Virus record (IMG/VR): IMGVR_UViG_2651869755_000010
Span: 1-15,076 of that record
Source of the DNA: a virus
Taxonomy: Duplodnaviria; Heunggongvirae; Uroviricota; Caudoviricetes
Direction: 5' to 3' (one strand)
DNA: 15,076 nucleotides
In this document: positions 13,808-15,076 of the stretch, in pieces
Numbering within the stretch: position 1 is the first letter of the stretch
Layout: every line of letters starts with the position of its first letter
Position numbers and translations under genes: made by a program
Notes under the pieces: model-generated
Seen by the model: only the letters and a program-made list of their open reading frames with translations
The model's database searches: none
Told to the model about the DNA's origin: nothing

Positions 13808-14554
13808 ATGAAAAACATTGCGGCAGTTGGGGTTCTTGAACGTATTCGCAGACTTGCACCACAGGGGTCGGTTCCACCGTACCGGACGGTGGAGGAGTGG
13901 CGGGAATGGCAACTTGCTGAAGGACGAAAACGCAGCGAGGAGATTAACCGCCAGAATCGCCAGTTGCGGGTGGAAAAAATCCTGAATCGTTCGGGCATCC
14001 AGCCTCTGCACAGCAAATGCTCGTTTGCAAATTATCAGGTGCAGAACGACGGGCAAAAATACGCGCTGAGCCAGGCCAAATCCATAGCTGACGAACTGAT
14101 GACCGGGTGCACGAATTTTGTGTTCAGCGGTAAAACCGGCACCGGGAAAAATCACCTTGCAGCGGCGATGGGCAACCGGCTGATGGTGAAGGGGCGCAGC
14201 GTGATTATCGTCACCGTGTCTGACGTCATGAGCGTGTTGCATGACAGCTACGACAACGGCAAATCCGGGGAAAAATTTTTACAGGAGCTTTGCGGGGTTG
14301 ATTTGCTGGTCCTGGATGAAATAGGCGTTCAGCGGGAGACGAAAAACGAGCAGGTGGTATTGCACCAGATAATTGATCGCCGGACAGCATCACTGTGCAG
14401 TGTCGGGATGTTAACAAACCTGAATCATGTCGCAATGAGTACGCTTCTTGGTGAGAGGATTATGGACCGCATGACCATGAACGGTGGTCGATGGGTGACG
14501 TTTAACTGGGATAGCTGGCGTCCAAATGTCAGCAATATGAGGGTTGTGAAGTAA
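13808..14554 (+). CDS. DnaC-like helicase loader / IstB-like AAA+ ATPase (phage replication protein)
   Basis: 248-aa ORF with Walker A (FSGKTGTGKNHLAAA) and Walker B (DLLVLDEIG), preceded by an AGGGGG Shine-Dalgarno. Downstream of the initiator gene as in Rac ydaU-ydaV and lambda O-P. Confidence 0.85.
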   Translation: MKNIAAVGVLERIRRLAPQGSVPPYRTVEEWREWQLAEGRKRSEEINRQNRQLRVEKILNRSGIQPLHSKCSFANYQVQNDGQKYALSQAKSIADELMTGCTNFVFSGKTGTGKNHLAAAMGNRLMVKGRSVIIVTVSDVMSVLHDSYDNGKSGEKFLQELCGVDLLVLDEIGVQRETKNEQVVLHQIIDRRTASLCSVGMLTNLNHVAMSTLLGERIMDRMTMNGGRWVTFNWDSWRPNVSNMRVVK

Positions 14555-14575
14555 TTTTGTCCGGAGGATATTTTA

Positions 14576-15076
14576 ATGGAAACCGTATCTGACGCACTGA
14601 AAGCACTGAAAAAAGCCTCTTCACATGTGGTGGCAGCTCGCCTTGGAATCAGTCGTGAAGAGGCTGTCAACGAGCTGTGGGAACTCAAAAGAAATGGCGT
14701 CGTTGATAAAACTGGTCACACCTGGTTTCTGGCTGGCGAAGGTGAATCCCGGGTAACCGAAGAGCGGCCAGTAAAATCTGAAGCACAGGATATGCTGACC
14801 GGGGAGGTCGAACAAAAAGTTACCGCCGACATGATGATTGAGTTTATCGGTCAGGATGGGGCTAAAACGTGTGAGGAACTGGCGGGTAAGTTCGGTGTCA
14901 GTACTCGCAAGGTTGCTTCCACGCTGGCGGTGGTAACCGCAACGGGGCGGCTGGCACGCGTTAATCAGAACGGTAAATTTCGTTACTGCATGCCGGGCGA
15001 TAATTTACCAGCAGAGCCGAAAGCCGCGCTGGTAACGGAAAGTGATGGTAAGGCCTTTCCTCAGCCAGCAGGTGCT
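14576..15076 (+). CDS. Hypothetical prophage protein with two tandem winged-helix-like repeats (3'-partial, continues past window end)
   Basis: ATG 14576 is preceded by GGAGG with an 8-nt spacer; the frame is open for 167 codons to the window end. Two similar segments: ...AARLGISREEAVNELWELKRNGVVDKTGHTWF... and ...LAGKFGVSTRKVASTLAVVTATGRLARVNQNGKFRY... Confidence 0.55.
   Translation, partial: METVSDALKALKKASSHVVAARLGISREEAVNELWELKRNGVVDKTGHTWFLAGEGESRVTEERPVKSEAQDMLTGEVEQKVTADMMIEFIGQDGAKTCEELAGKFGVSTRKVASTLAVVTATGRLARVNQNGKFRYCMPGDNLPAEPKAALVTESDGKAFPQPAGA

Larger units (their letters stand above)
5677..15076. mobile_element. Lambdoid (Qin/Rac-like mosaic) prophage integrated at serU; left attachment end, early-left operon, immunity region and replication genes (continues beyond window end)
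   Basis: Gene order running leftward to the tRNA is cI, ydfC, DicF, dicB, ydfD, exonuclease, xis-like, int; running rightward it is cro-like, ydaT-like, replication initiator, DnaC-like. The integrase 3' end is 53 bp from the tRNA-Ser 3' end. Confidence 0.8.

Noticed and set aside
13394-14242. 282-aa minus-strand ORF
   Set aside because: Antisense to the replication initiator and DnaC-like genes, both of which have strong motifs and Shine-Dalgarno sequences; His/Arg/Pro-rich shadow frame.

Overview
This looks like an Escherichia/Shigella-type chromosomal segment spanning two adjacent tRNA integration hotspots that flank the core gene mtfA. Left part (1-4519): the tRNA-proximal end of a genomic island at tRNA-Asn (asnT), with a P4-type integrase and a Type III restriction-modification operon; mod is intact, but res is cut after about 218 codons by an IS629-like IS3-family element whose terminus lies at 247. 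Middle: tRNA-Asn (minus), mtfA (minus) and tRNA-Ser serU (plus). Right part (5677-15076): the left arm and immunity/replication region of a lambdoid, Qin/Rac-like mosaic prophage at serU, with integrase, excisionase-like gene, an 813-aa exonuclease, a ydfD-dicB-DicF-ydfC division-inhibition module, an S24 CI-type repressor, divergent cro-like and ydaT-like genes, an iteron-bearing replication initiator, a DnaC-like loader and the start of a further gene. I do not see a clearly novel multi-gene system; the least explained elements are the small ORFs between ydfC and cI, including a zinc-ribbon ORF antisense to the early-left operon, and the 340-nt non-coding stretch upstream of DicF. All calls rest on reading the sequence and on recalled family motifs; no database search was run.
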